In this document: positions 11,701 through 23,805 of the stretch, in pieces | Position numbering within the stretch: the first letter of the stretch is position 1 | Layout of the letters: every line of letters starts with the position of its first letter | Assembly: GCA_951406725.2 (NCBI GenBank) | Contig: OX597832.1 | Location: 53,878,001-53,942,000, forward strand | Direction: 5' to 3' | DNA: 64,000 nucleotides | Source: Octopus vulgaris | Taxonomy: Eukaryota | Translations under genes and position numbers: made by a program | Notes under the pieces: model-generated | What the model was told of the DNA's origin: nothing | Databases searched by the model: none | What the model saw: the letters and a program-made list of their open reading frames with translations, nothing else

Positions 11701-12168
11701 TATAAAAGTAGATAAATGGTACAACAAGGCACCAATATTTACTGGAAAATAGCAATCGTATTGTATTATTATTTTCATTGAAACTTCTTCACTGTTCTCG
11801 TTCTGTTAACATTTTGGCGTTCAGACTAGTATACTGGTATCGATGTGGCAACATCTGAAATCTTGTCTAGGTAAATGCAGCTGATGATGACTGATCAAAT
11901 TTACGTTGTCAAACGTATTTGAAGAGTCAGAAACCAGTCCTGCATTATCTGATTCTGGGTTGTCCATTTATCAGATTTGTTGCACACACGCGTCTTTGCT
12001 AGTATATACGCAGTGAAGCTACACAATAGCGTCGTAGTTATTACGATTGCTATTTTCCAGTAAATATTGGTGCCTTGTACCATTTATTTACTTTTATATG
12101 TATAATTTTACCCTTATGGGCTATCCTTTACTGGAAAGTAATACATTCGTATTGCATTATTATTTTCG
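11701..12168 (+). mobile_element. Short hammerhead-bearing element with inverted arms and 3' tail, inserted in the (TA)n core of a SINE; probably PLE-derived
   Basis: Inverted arms about 11701-11760 / 12043-12098 plus ~70 nt extension; SINE head at ~11530-11690 and SINE tail at ~12170-12385 flank it. Confidence 0.6.
11874..11946 (+). ncRNA. Type I hammerhead ribozyme motif (minimal stem III, PLE type)
   Basis: Stem I aatgcag/ctgcatt; CTGATGA 11881-11887; stem II tgact/agtca extended by tcaaa/tttga and tacgtt/aacgta; GAAA 11930-11933; CCAG; GTC triplet, predicted cut after 11939. Confidence 0.8.
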
Positions 12169-12980
12169 TATATATGTATGTATGTATGTACTTGTGTGTT
12201 TGCTTGTCCCCCTCCTCCATTCACCCTTGCTTGACACTGATGCTGGTGTGTTTACGTTCCCATAACTTAGCTGTTTGGCAAAAGAGACCAACAGAATAAG
12301 TCCTGGGGTTGATTTGCTCGGCGAAAGGCGGTGCTCCAGCATGGCCGCAGTCAAATGACTGAAACAAGTAAAAGAAGGAAGAATGAGTTGCTGTATTTGA
12401 TCTACATCAGTAAATTGGTCTTTAATCTACAAATACAATCATTAGAACAGAATTGTATATCTAAGAACCTATACTTTATTCTCATCAAGTGTATTCCACT
12501 CACTTGTGCTTTGCTAACGAGTCCCAATAAGTCTGAAACATTGCTGTCCTCATCCCTACTAACAAGGATCTGATTTTTCCTTTAAGCATCATACTTAAAT
12601 GTTTTATTCTTTATTGAAATTGTCTCCTCTTTGGAAGCCACAAATGAATGATGGCAGATGTTTGTTTCTTTTCTCCAAGAGGAAAATCTCAATCCATTAA
12701 CAGTCTTCAAGGGTTTAATCGACTATGTTGCTCTCTGAAATTTGTTAACCTATTTTGTTATAAAAAAAAAAAATGTTGATATTCATGTAAGAGGAGATAA
12801 CTCTGTCAGACTGTTTTTCTTGTACTCTGATGCTCTTTATAGTTCCACTTAACATGATCATAAATTTACTCTTTAGTATTTCGAGATATTTTAATGTAAT
12901 TTTGGTAAATATATCTGTTAAAGTGAGATGTCAGTGTTATTTTCACTTTTAAATAATTTATTCACTGCACCCTGTGTGTA

Positions 12981-13033
<53 letters not shown>

Positions 13034-13147
13034 TCATTCATGAGGAGAGAATTTATTTGAAAAAATGTTTGTATTTTACTGAAGTAAAACTATTTGAAAA
13101 ATGGTAAAGTATTTTTGTCTTCTACTATTGATTTTTTTAATTTTTAG

Positions 13148-13234
13148 ACTCGTTTAATGAATCAACGTGTTTTAAAGACGACCAACGGGACTGCTTCTGC
13201 CATATACACCTCTTCGCTGGACTGCATCGTTCAA
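13148..13234 (+). CDS. SLC25A30: SLC25A30/14-like coding exon (TRLMNQRVLKTTNGTASAIYTSSLDCIVQ)
   Basis: TTTTAG acceptor ending 13147; GTAATT donor at 13235; phase 0/0. Confidence 0.92.
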
Positions 13235-13322
13235 GTAATTCCTTTTCCCATTTACTTTTAAATGTTTGATTTAAATAATGTTTTAAATTCTTAATTGAAA
13301 CGTCACTTCTATTTAGTTTCAC

Positions 13323-13720
13323 AGGCGCAGGAGTGGCTGTGTAGTAAGTAGCTTGCTTACGAACCACATTGTTCCAGGTTCAGTCCCACTGCGTGGCACC
13401 TTGGGCAAGTGTCTTCTACTATAGCCTTGGGCCGACCAAAGCCTTGAGAGTGGATTTGGTAGACGGAAACTGAAAGAAGCCTATCATATATATATATATA
13501 TATATATATACTCACATGTGTGTCTGTGTTTGTCCCCCCCAACATCGCTTGACAGCCGATGCTGGTGTGTTTACATCCCTGTAACTTAGCGGTTCGGCAA
13601 AAGAGACCGATAGAATAAGTACTAGGCTTACAAAGAGTAAGTCCTGGGGTCGATTTGCTCGACTAAAAGGCGGTGCTCTAGCATGGCCACAGTCACATGA
13701 CTGAAACAAGTAAAAGAGAG
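13323..13720 (+). mobile_element. SINE family A, full-length copy
   Basis: Same head/microsatellite/tail layout as 997-1394. Confidence 0.85.
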
Positions 13721-14465
13721 CTTAATATTATGATAATCATTAAGGTAACAAGCTGGCAGAATCATTAGTATGTCCGGCAATGTGTTTAGTGGCATTCCAT
13801 CTGTCTATGTTCTCTCCGTCAAGGTCAGCTTTGCCTTTAATCCTTTCGGGGCCAATAAAAATAAATGCCAGTTGAACATGGAGTTAATGTAATCGACTTA
13901 ATCCCTCCCTTGAAATTGCTGGCCTTGTGCCAAAATTTGAAACCATTATGATGATCCTTGATGTAAGGAGCCAGAAGGATCATCAGCATGCCTGGCAATA
14001 TGCGTGGCAGCATTTCATCCGTGTTTATATTTTGAGTTCAAATCCTGCTGAGGTCTACTTTCACTTTCAGCCTTTTTAGGATCAATGAAAAATAAGTACC
14101 AGTTAAGCCCTGGGGGTCGACTTTGCCTTTCAACCTTTCGGGGACAATAAAATAAGTACCAGTTTAGCATTGGGATCAATGTATTTAACTTACCCGCTTT
14201 CTTGAAATTGCTGGCCTTGTGCCAAAATTTGAAACCATTATGATAATCCTTGAAGTAAGGAGCAAGAAGCCTGGCAAAAATGCTTAGCAGCATTTCATCT
14301 GTGTTTATATTTTGAGTTCAAATCCTGCTTTGAGTTCAATGTATTTAACTTACCCGCTTTCCTGAAATTGCTGGCCTTGTGCCAAGATTCGAAACCAACA
14401 TGTTCATTTTTTCCTGTATCAATCTATTAATGATACCTTTTTTTTTTTTTTTTTTTTTTTTGCAG

Positions 14466-14546
14466 ACTGCCAGAACTGAAGGCTTAATGGCTTTTTATAA
14501 AGGTTTTATCCCCACGTGGATCAGGCTTGGACCCTGGAATATTATT
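14466..14546 (+). CDS. SLC25A30: SLC25A30/14-like coding exon ([27 protein letters not shown])
   Basis: Poly-T tract and TGCAG acceptor ending 14465; followed by U12-type donor GTATCCTT at 14547. Confidence 0.93.
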
Positions 14547-14713
14547 GTATCCTTAAAGACAGTATAGGTGTGGCTGTGCCATAAGAAGTTTACTTCCCAA
14601 CCTCGTAGTTTTGGGTTCAGTCCCACTGCATGGCACCTTGGGCAAGTGTCCTCTTCTATAGCCCTGAGGCTGACTAAAGCCTTGTGAGTGGAAACTGAAA
14701 GAAGCCCACCGAG

Positions 14714-14757
<44 letters not shown>

Positions 14758-15853
14758 CATCTTTGTCCCCACCACCACCACCACCACCACTTGTCAACCA
14801 GTGTTGTTGGTGTGTTTATGGCCCCATGACATAGCAGTTCTGCAAAAGGGATTGATAAAGTGCCAGGCTGAAAAATATTAAAAAAACTAGGGTCGATTCA
14901 TTTGACTAAAGATTCTTCAAGGTGGTGCCCCAGCATGGGCGTAGTCTAATGACTGAATCTACAAAGGTAATGGTGGATGAGAGTTTATTAACCTGTAAAG
15001 GTATGTGGCTCAGTAGTTAGGGTGTTGGGCTCACAGTCATGAGGTTGTAGGTTCATTTCCTGGGCTGGACAGTGGATTGTCTCTGAGCAAGGTACTTCAC
15101 TTCCAGCCCTACCCAGCTGAAACAGGTACCCTCTGAATACTGGTGCAGCCCTCCCAAGGTACTTCATTTCCAGCCCTACCCAGCTGAAACAAGTACCCTC
15201 TTGTTTCAGCTGGTGCAGCCCTTTCAGCCCTCCCTACCCTGTCACATTCTGGGTGGATGGGAGTGGTCTATGTTTGCCCATGGTTAAATAGGTGGGTCCT
15301 AAAGCAATTTGTAAGTGTGACTCAGACTCTGCATAGAGATGATGAGGGTGTTATTAGGAAAAATATTTAATTTGGAAAGATGTCCATCCTAAAGTTCTAA
15401 CTCCATCTCATATAGAATGACCACAAATATTCTCATGGGGAATGGTTTAGCCTTTTTGATACCAAAGTGCCAGAAACTGCCCCTGGTTCCATAATATAAA
15501 CTTCCGATTTTAAATTGATCTAAATTAAAACTTTTCCTCAAAATTCCATGTTAAATTATATCCTTTACACCAGCTTAATAATGACAAAATTATTTTACTA
15601 AATTCTTCCTTATTCCCAAAATTAATAACAAAAGGGTTAAGGCAATTTAAATTAAAACTTTCCCTCAAAATTCCTTGTTAATTTAAATTCCGTACACCAA
15701 CTTAATGACAAAATCATTTTATTAAATTCATTATTCTCAAAATTAATGAAAACAAAAGCTGTGTTTTCCAAAAGAAATATAGTAATGAAAGGGTTAAAAA
15801 TTTATGTTTTATGATTTTTGTAGTGTTAGTAATTTTTCCTTAATTGATTTTAG
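14547..15853 (+). other. U12-type (minor spliceosome) GT-AG intron
   Basis: 5' site GTATCCTT; branch site TTCCTTAAT at 15836-15844, about 10 nt before AG at 15852-15853; flanking exons join in frame (WNII|FFLTFE). Confidence 0.9.
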
Positions 15854-15892
15854 TTTTTCCTAACATTCGAAAAACTGAAGAAAATTTATTAA
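15854..15892 (+). CDS. SLC25A30: SLC25A30/14-like terminal coding exon (FFLTFEKLKKIY*)
   Basis: Completes the conserved helix 6 end (PWNIIFFxTxExLK); stop TAA at 15890-15892. Confidence 0.9.
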   Translation, partial: FFLTFEKLKKIY

Positions 15893-18800
15893 TTGGACTT
15901 TAGAAGAAATGAACAAAGACATGTCTGATTTTCACGAATCTCAACAAGTTTGTAATCAGCATCCAAGATTATGAACAAAGCAATACAACATATCTATTTT
16001 CATTTGAACATATTTCTAGAATCTCACAATATTTTTCAGAAATTCAGGTTTTTTTTAAATTTATTTTTTCACTTCATTTTTCAAGCAGTTTTTTGTCAAA
16101 CGGTCAAGTTCACTTTTGATGCTTACGAGTTCAGCTTTTTGTTATTGTGGAGTTTTGCAATTCTTGCCGCCAAATACCAACGTTATGATGTAAGCCGATG
16201 TCTTTTACAGTACGTAGCATACATGGATTGATAAATATGATTGATTTACTGGATAATGTCATTTCTTTCTACATTCACCTCATCATTCAAACAAACATTT
16301 TCAAATGTTGCCATCAATTTCTTCCTTAAACTTCGTTAAGCCCAATAATCCCACCTGTCTTGTTACCTCATTTGTACCTGCCTCAGCAAAATTCTGTCAC
16401 ATTGCACTTCCATCAATGTCTCCTTCATTCATCCTACACTTTATCGTCACCGTAAAAGTCGATTCCTTTTACACCATCATTCTTCATGACATCAGTCTCA
16501 AAGTTCTTTATTTGACCCCTGCACTGCACTCAATCCCTCCACTGTCACATCACTGATCTTCCCATCTCTAAATGCTCCTCTTTCTCTCAAAGAGAACGAA
16601 CAAAACCGTATTTAGCTTCCTGTAATTTTCATGAACCTCAACTAGTCATGCTCTGAGATTAATGAACAAAGCAATACATCATATCTATTTTCATTTGAAC
16701 ATATTTCTAGAAATTCTACCAACATGTGAGTGGAGTAGACATGGAGTGTCAGATAGGTTCCAATTAAACTTTGTTTTAGACCTCACTGAAACTCAAATTT
16801 GCCCCCCTGTTTAACCCTTTAGTGTTTGCATTATTCTACTAAAATTAATCCTTTTTCATCCACTTTGTTTTGAACTAATTATGCATTATCTTGTAGCTAT
16901 GAGATTTTGATGAGGTAGCTGTTAATTTTTAAAACGATATTGTAGGATTGGTGTGAGAGACCTGATCTGGCCAGTTTGAACATAAAACAGGCAGAATACT
17001 TTTGGCCGGTTTAAATGTTAAAGGGTTAAGCAAACCCCTAAACTGCTACACCAGTAATAGTATCAATGCCACTTCACCCCCTTTTTTTTTCTTTAATGTC
17101 TTTCATCTGCACAATTCACCATCATTACTTCCAATTTCTTAACACCCCCGACATTTCTGCCTTTATCCACATCATCCATCTCTCCACACTACAGATCAAC
17201 AAACTCTTGTTTTTGTCTCGACTAAGTTTCCTTCTTAACACTTTCATCACTCAATCTGCTTTCCCTTTTCACATTTTCTTTGGTTCCATTGCTTTTTACA
17301 GTCAGGACACCAGTTTTAATTATTTAATCAAAGCAAATGCATCCATTTTGCCTATCAAAGTTACCCTGTACAAATTGTGAATGTAGACAAATTACACCCT
17401 TGCTTTTATTATATTATAATGTATCTCGTTAAGTTGATTTATTAGTTAAGAAATATAACCATTTTAGGATTTAAATTTAATGAAGTACTCTTGAATTATG
17501 AAATTTTGCTCTAAAATTACTTCTGGCTTCTTGCTGTAAAATTCTTTTCCAAATTCCTTTAATTAAAAACAGTTTTTTAATTTACTTCTAAGTTAAAATG
17601 GCTTCTCTGAACTGTGATAGAAAAATAATTTAATCCTTTTGATACCCCCTCACCTGAGATCGTTTCTTGTTCTATGTTTCAAGCTTTGTTTTAAAAAAAT
17701 TCTTAAAACCCTCCCCTTGATTTCATGTTAATTTATCTTCCAAAGCTCCAATTTATTTTCAAAATTAATTTGAACAAAAGGCAGCCAATGTGTTTCAGTG
17801 AAAATATAGTAAGAGTGGAGGTACGTGGCTCATTGGTTGAACTTCTGATTGAAAGCTTCATCGTTATCATTCTTTAACGTCCGTTTTGGATGATGAAGAA
17901 TTTTTCAATTGTAAGTCCAACACCCTAACCACTAAGCCATGTGCCTGGTGATGTATTGTGTTCTTGAGCAAGGCCTTTCATTTCATATTGCTCCAGTCCG
18001 CTTGGCTGGCAAAGACAAGTAATCCTGTGACAGACCATCCCATGCAAGAGGGGAATAAATATATACGACAGAAACTGGCCCTAGGGATCTATCCATATGA
18101 TTCTGGAAAGATCCTTTATCCATTTTTGTTTGGTAACAACAGGATCAGTTCAGAGTAAAACATTTGTCCAGAAACTAATATGGTCTGGCAGCAGTCGAAG
18201 AAGATTGGTTTTTAGCTTTGTCTTCCTCTTATCTGTTTGGATAAGTATTTTGGATCTCACTGTATTTGTACTCGTTTTCTTTATACACCTAAATCATACA
18301 AGTAACTATTTAAGATGTAATCTCAGCCAGTAAGTATACTGTTAAGTGTCCATAAATATTAACCTGATGTAGGTCTTAAGTTGTGAAAGATTTTGCTTTT
18401 TGTCTTCTAGAATATAACATCATAAAAGAACAGATTTCCATCTGTTTATAGAGGGTAGAAGGGGAAGATAACATATCTTTATAAGGCAAAGAGAAAAAGT
18501 TGAGAGAGAGAGTATGTGATAATTACTATGGCGACAACAATACCTAACAAGTTTTGATTAAATGCATGATTGTGAGTGAGTCTGTCAACACAACGCAACA
18601 CAGACCTAAAAAAAATATCTATAAAATACAGTTATCTTTTGAGTTGTTTGTGTCAACATATAGACAACACTGACTTTAAAAAGGACTTCACTATAATGAC
18701 TTGTTGAGTGTGTGAAAGATAGAATTAAAATTTGTTTCAAGAAAGAAAAAACAGGTTCTTATTGAGCATATCAATGTGATCGCTGTTGTAGGCTTCTGAA

Positions 18801-20126
18801 GGAGATGTATTTCATTTTGATTAGGTTGTTACCCGGCAGCGTAGTGACAGGTTACGACTGGTAATTTATAAGAATTTAAAAAATTAGCTAGTTTAATCCC
18901 TTAACATAATAAAGGACCAATAAACTTAATTGTTGGTTTACTTGGCATCAACATGAATTCTGACAATTGGTTATCAGTGACCAGAAAGAAATCAAGACTT
19001 ATAATGTTTAATATATATAAAACATTTATTTCTCTGAGGTTTACATTTGCTTTTGTTAAAGAAAGCAAATTCTTGAAAGTTCTTAGCAGTTTTACAATCA
19101 CTTATGCCAACTGATAGCGTTACCATTCTTTCAATTCCTAAATCCATCAGGACGAGGTAGTTGAAGTGGTTTTGTGAGTTATGGATAGCAGAAAACTGCC
19201 AAAATATAGTGTTTTTTTTGCCCAATTATCTTAAATGGAAATGAAGTTCTAGTTCAGTTCCTCTTCCACCCCCTCCAACGATAGAATCAATAAAGAACAT
19301 CTCCAAAAGTAAATAGATCAATGTGAGTAAAATTTTGATTAATTTCCAATAAAACATATTTCAATGAATGAAGGCAGATATAATTTAACAATAACCCTGC
19401 AAAGAGACTTGTAACATCCAGCTACAAAGTGATATCTTTATAGACAATTTCCTTTACATTTGAAGAGAAATATCGAAGATATTACTTGCTACTATTAAGG
19501 CAGCGAGCTGGCAGAACCATTATTAGCAGACCAGACAAAATGCTCATTGGTATTTCTTCTGGCTTTATGTTCTGAGTTTGAATTCTGCCGAGGTCGACTT
19601 TGCCTTTTATCGTTTCAGGGTTGACAAAATATGTATCATTTAAGCACTGGGGGGTGATTAAGGTAATCAACTTGCACCACCCCTCAAATGTTCAGGCCTC
19701 ATACCTATAATAGAGAGGATTATTGTTTTGTGACTCTGGTCTCTATTGAATTAAATAGTTTACACTGCTTAGAGGGAGGCAAAAAATAAAAAGCATTATT
19801 TTGACGTTTATAAAAGAGAGGTTTTTTTTTTTTTATCGTGTGAGGATTGTTTTCTCTTTTTTTAATGCCTGTATAGAATCTGGCACGAAAAGAAATTTAA
19901 ACTTTAACAAATAGTCTGCAACTGGTATTAAAGAGTCAAAAAAATTCCTGCTCTTAGTTTCTTCAATGGATGGAAAAGGCTTAAAATTTTATAAAAATCT
20001 TTTAAAAAATTATAATTTAGAACATTTTAACAGATAAGTGGCATTGACTGCTGGAGATCATGAATGGCATTTCTTTAATTCTGGGTTCCAAAGGTAATCC
20101 ATAGTTCTTTTTTGTTTGTTTTTTTT

Positions 20127-20311
20127 CTATGAGTGGATAGAATTAGCTTCTTTTTCAGACTTTTCCTTATTATTCAAAAGCTGGTCTTCTGGAGATTCAT
20201 GCTGTTCAGTTTGAATTTCTTTTAATTCTAAATCATGGTTGATTAGCATTGGTTCTCTGTAATCTTGTGGCTTAACAATGATTACATCGACATTGGACGA
20301 TTTCACAGGAC
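20127..20311 (-). CDS. SLC16A10: Probable SLC16A10-like terminal exon (RPVKSSNVDVIIVKPQDYREPML...KSEKEANSIHS*)
   Basis: CTTTAG acceptor at 20313-20312 after a pyrimidine tract; open for 60 codons in the phase left by the 23730 exon; stop TAG at 20129-20127. Confidence 0.65.
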
Positions 20312-21239
20312 CTAAAGCAAGACGAAAGAAAAATATTTAATATACAAATAATATAATTCCATACAGACAAACTTATAATGGAGAATTATCACGTCTGTAA
20401 ATAATTTTATATTCTTACTTTCAATTGTTACAAGACAAGGAAATTATTGACCTCAATTACCTTATTCTTTACCTGACAATCAATCAGTTTAATATATTTC
20501 CTATTGATTTAACAGGTTCGTTAACTCTTATTTCAAGGGGCTCATTTCCATGAAACTAATTATATTTATTATATAATTATATTTATTAATAAAAGGTTTA
20601 AAATATGAACACTTTTTAAATGTTTTGTATTTTCCAAGTTGAATGATTTTTGTTCAGATAAATACGAGTGTGATCGTTGACAGAGCGGCTATTCGAGTAT
20701 GATCATTACCAGTGTCGCCTTACTGGCACTCATGCCTGTGCTAGTAGGGTGCCAAGAGCACAATCCGAATGGGATCGTTTGCCAGAGCAACCAACTGGCT
20801 TCTGTACCTGTGGCACGTAAAAGGGCACCATTCGAGCTTGATCGTTACCAACGTCGCTTCACTGGCACCTGTGTCGGTGGCACATGTAAAAAGATTTGAG
20901 CGACTGGCCCCTGTGCTGGTGACACGTAAAAAGCACCCACTACACTCTTGGAGTGGTTGGTGTTAGGAAGGGCATCCAGCTGTAGAAACTCTACCAGATC
21001 AAGATTGGAGACTGGTGCAGCCATCTAGTTTGCCAGTCCTCAGTCAGAATCGTCCAACCCATGCTAGCATGGAAAGCGGACGTTAAACGATGATGATAAA
21101 TATTGTTACTGTAAAGATTCTTTATTTTTACAATAAGGCAGAATTATTACTAGCAGCATTTCTTCCAGCTTCTGTACTGAGTCCAAATGCCACCTCCCTC
21201 AAAATTTCAGGCCCTCTGTCGATATCAGACAGCATTATA

Positions 21240-21930
21240 AAGGCAGTGAGCTGGTAGAATCATTAGCATCCTGGAAGGCGGCAAGCTGGCAGAAACGTTA
21301 GCATGCTGGACAAAATGCTTAATGTTATTTCGTTTGCCATTATGTTCTGGGTTCAAATTCCGCCGAGGTCGACTTTGCCTTTCATCCTTTCGGGGTCGAT
21401 ATAATCGACTTAATCCATTTGTCGGTCTTTGTTTGTCCCCTCTATGTTTAGCCCCTTGTGGGTAATAAAGAAATAAGAAACGTCAGCACGCTTGCGAAAT
21501 GCCGAGCTGGCAGAACCGTTAGCGTGCCGGGCAAAATGCCTTGTGGTATTTCGTCTGCCGTTACATTCTGAGTTCAAATTCCGCCAAGGTCGACTTTGCC
21601 TTTCATCCTTTCGGGGTCGATAAATTAAGTACTAGTTACACACAGGGGTCGATGTAATCGGCTTAATCCCTTTGCCTGTCCTTGTTTGTCCCCTCTATGT
21701 TTAGCCCCTTGTGGGCAATAAAGAAATAAGAATCATTAGAATCCTGGAAAAAATGCTTAACATTTCATTAGTCTATATGTTCTGAGTTCAAATTCTGCCA
21801 TGGTCAACTTTACCTTGCATCCTTTCAGGGTTAATGAAAGAAGCACCAGTTGAGCATTAGAGATAATGTTATCAACCAGACCCCTTCCTCACAAATTTCA
21901 GCCTTGTGTCCATAATGAAAAGGAATTGTT
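21240..21930 (+). mobile_element. Nested/tandem SINE family B copies
   Basis: Three overlapping copies of the family B consensus. Confidence 0.8.
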
Positions 21931-22679
21931 ACTTTGCCAGACAAAATGCACATCATTTTTTCTGGCTCCCTATAGTCTTTACTCCTATTTTCTCTTTCTA
22001 CTATGGTGAACCCCTTTCTTGACCTACAGCTGTTTTCTGTCCCATCTTTTGACCTTTTCCTATGAATTACCGTATACCAGGGCACTGTATTCAATGAACT
22101 CTTTATTGGCACGTAAAAAGCAACAACCGATCGTGGCCGTTGCCAGTCTCCCCTGGCACCTGTGCCAGTGCCACGTAAAAAGCACCCACTACACTCACGG
22201 AGTGGTTGGTGTTAGGAAGGGCACCCAGCTGTAGAAACACTGCCAGATCAGACTGGTGCCTGGTGCAACCTCCTGGCTTCCTAGACCCCCAGTTGAACCG
22301 TCCAACCCATGCTAGCATGGAAAACGGACGTTAAACGATGATGAAGTTGGTGGACTGACGAAATTGTTAGACTGTTAGAGAAATGCTTAGAGACATTTCT
22401 TCTTGCTTTACGTTCTGAGTTCAACTGTTGCTAAGGTCAAGTTTTCCTCTCATTTTTTCTTCTTTTCAGGGTTCTACACAAAATTCCTATATATTCTGCC
22501 AACAATTCCAAGATCTAGCAATACAGTAATGTATTTCATTTATAAGATCTCTAATATCAAATATCCTGAACAGTCAGTGTATGGCCGAAGATCATCAAAA
22601 CTCACCCTTCCCCCTGTTCCATTTTATTTTTTAATTAAGGTTAATATAAATTCCTGAGTTATCTCCCCTGTCTTTCTCA

Positions 22680-23142
22680 CCATGCGTCTCTATCTTTCCT
22701 TTAACTTGAAAATACCCTCTTCCCAGAACTGAGGTGGTTTCATGGCAAAGAATTCATCAAGGTATCTTTTTATGTCATTCAAGGAATTGAAATTTTTACC
22801 ATTAAGACTATTCTACAGAGACCTGAATAAGTGGAAATCCGAAGGAACAATATCTGGTGAATATGGAGGGTGGGGTAACACATCCCAGCCGAGCTGCAGC
22901 AATTTTTGTCTGGTTCCCAAAGCATCAAGTGCCGAAAATGAACTTTCTTATCTTCCGTTTTAAAGGGTTACAGAATTAACACAGGTTATAGGAACATAAA
23001 TCTTCTTCCACGAAAAGATAGCTTAAACTGTGCTCTAAATGGAGATGTAGTCAAATCCTATTTTATGGACTCAACCACGTTCTAAAATAAGTCGAAAGGT
23101 AAGCTGGTATAAATCGGCAGGAACTTTCCGGACAACCCAATA
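22680..23142 (-). mobile_element. Third (one-TIR) copy of the deleted mariner
   Basis: Homologous to 41870-42331. Confidence 0.8.
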
Positions 23143-23729
23143 TTCACTAATTAATAATTTTCAATAAATCATTTCTCAATTAACGTATTGGTGATCATTA
23201 GCATTTTGAAATTCATTTACAAGTTAGAAAATAAAACAATAAAGAAACTTAATCAAAATGTGGTACTGTATTTTCTGGCATACAAACCAAATTTTTCAGA
23301 CCGAAAATTTATGGTAGGTCAACACCAAGAGGACTTTGGAGGATCATATATTCCATGTGAAATGCAGTAGAATTAGGAAAGATACTGACAATGTTTGAAC
23401 ATTTGCACTATATACTACATTGACTTGTGACTGCGTGACCAACCAGGCTATCAGATGTTGTTACACATCGCTGGTCACAATGCACTTTTTTCGTTGTTTA
23501 GCCTTCAAATGATGCAACCCTGCTAGCCAGGTATGCAGGCCAACATTCTCCACTGATCAAAAAGGGAACTGGAACAACATGAAATGAAGTGTTTTGCTTA
23601 AGAACACTATGCACTGCCCAGTCAGGGGATTGAAACCACAATCTAGTGATCTGGGCACAAGCCTTTCCACATTGACTTGTATGCTGGAAAATACAGTAAA
23701 TCAGAAATTAAATAAGCAAAAAGGTTTAC

Positions 23730-23805
23730 GATTTTCTTGTGGTGCCCTCATGTCTGTCAAAGAAACTGCAGCAAATTCATCAACTTGTGTAACAGCAGGA
23801 AGGGT
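23730..23805 (-). CDS. SLC16A10: Probable SLC16A10-like C-terminal tail exon (TLPAVTQVDEFAAVSLTDMRAPQEN)
   Basis: Strong pyrimidine tract and TTTCAG acceptor at 23807-23806; GTAAAC donor starting 23729; open in phase 0 -> 1. No recognisable homology. Confidence 0.65.

Larger units (their letters stand above)
350..15892 (+). other. SLC25A30: Gene span (5'-partial): mitochondrial carrier, SLC25A30/SLC25A14 (KMCP1/UCP5/BMCP1)-like; 9 coding exons in window
   Basis: Exons 350-497, 2641-2735, 5795-5880, 7443-7538, 7998-8122, 10248-10308, 13148-13234, 14466-14546 and 15854-15892 join in frame (818 nt incl. stop) with GT-AG boundaries. Three Px[DE]xx[KR]xR carrier signatures: [24 protein letters not shown]. 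The exon carrying the start codon lies upstream of the window. SLC25A14 vs SLC25A30 cannot be resolved (probable co-ortholog). Confidence 0.93.
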
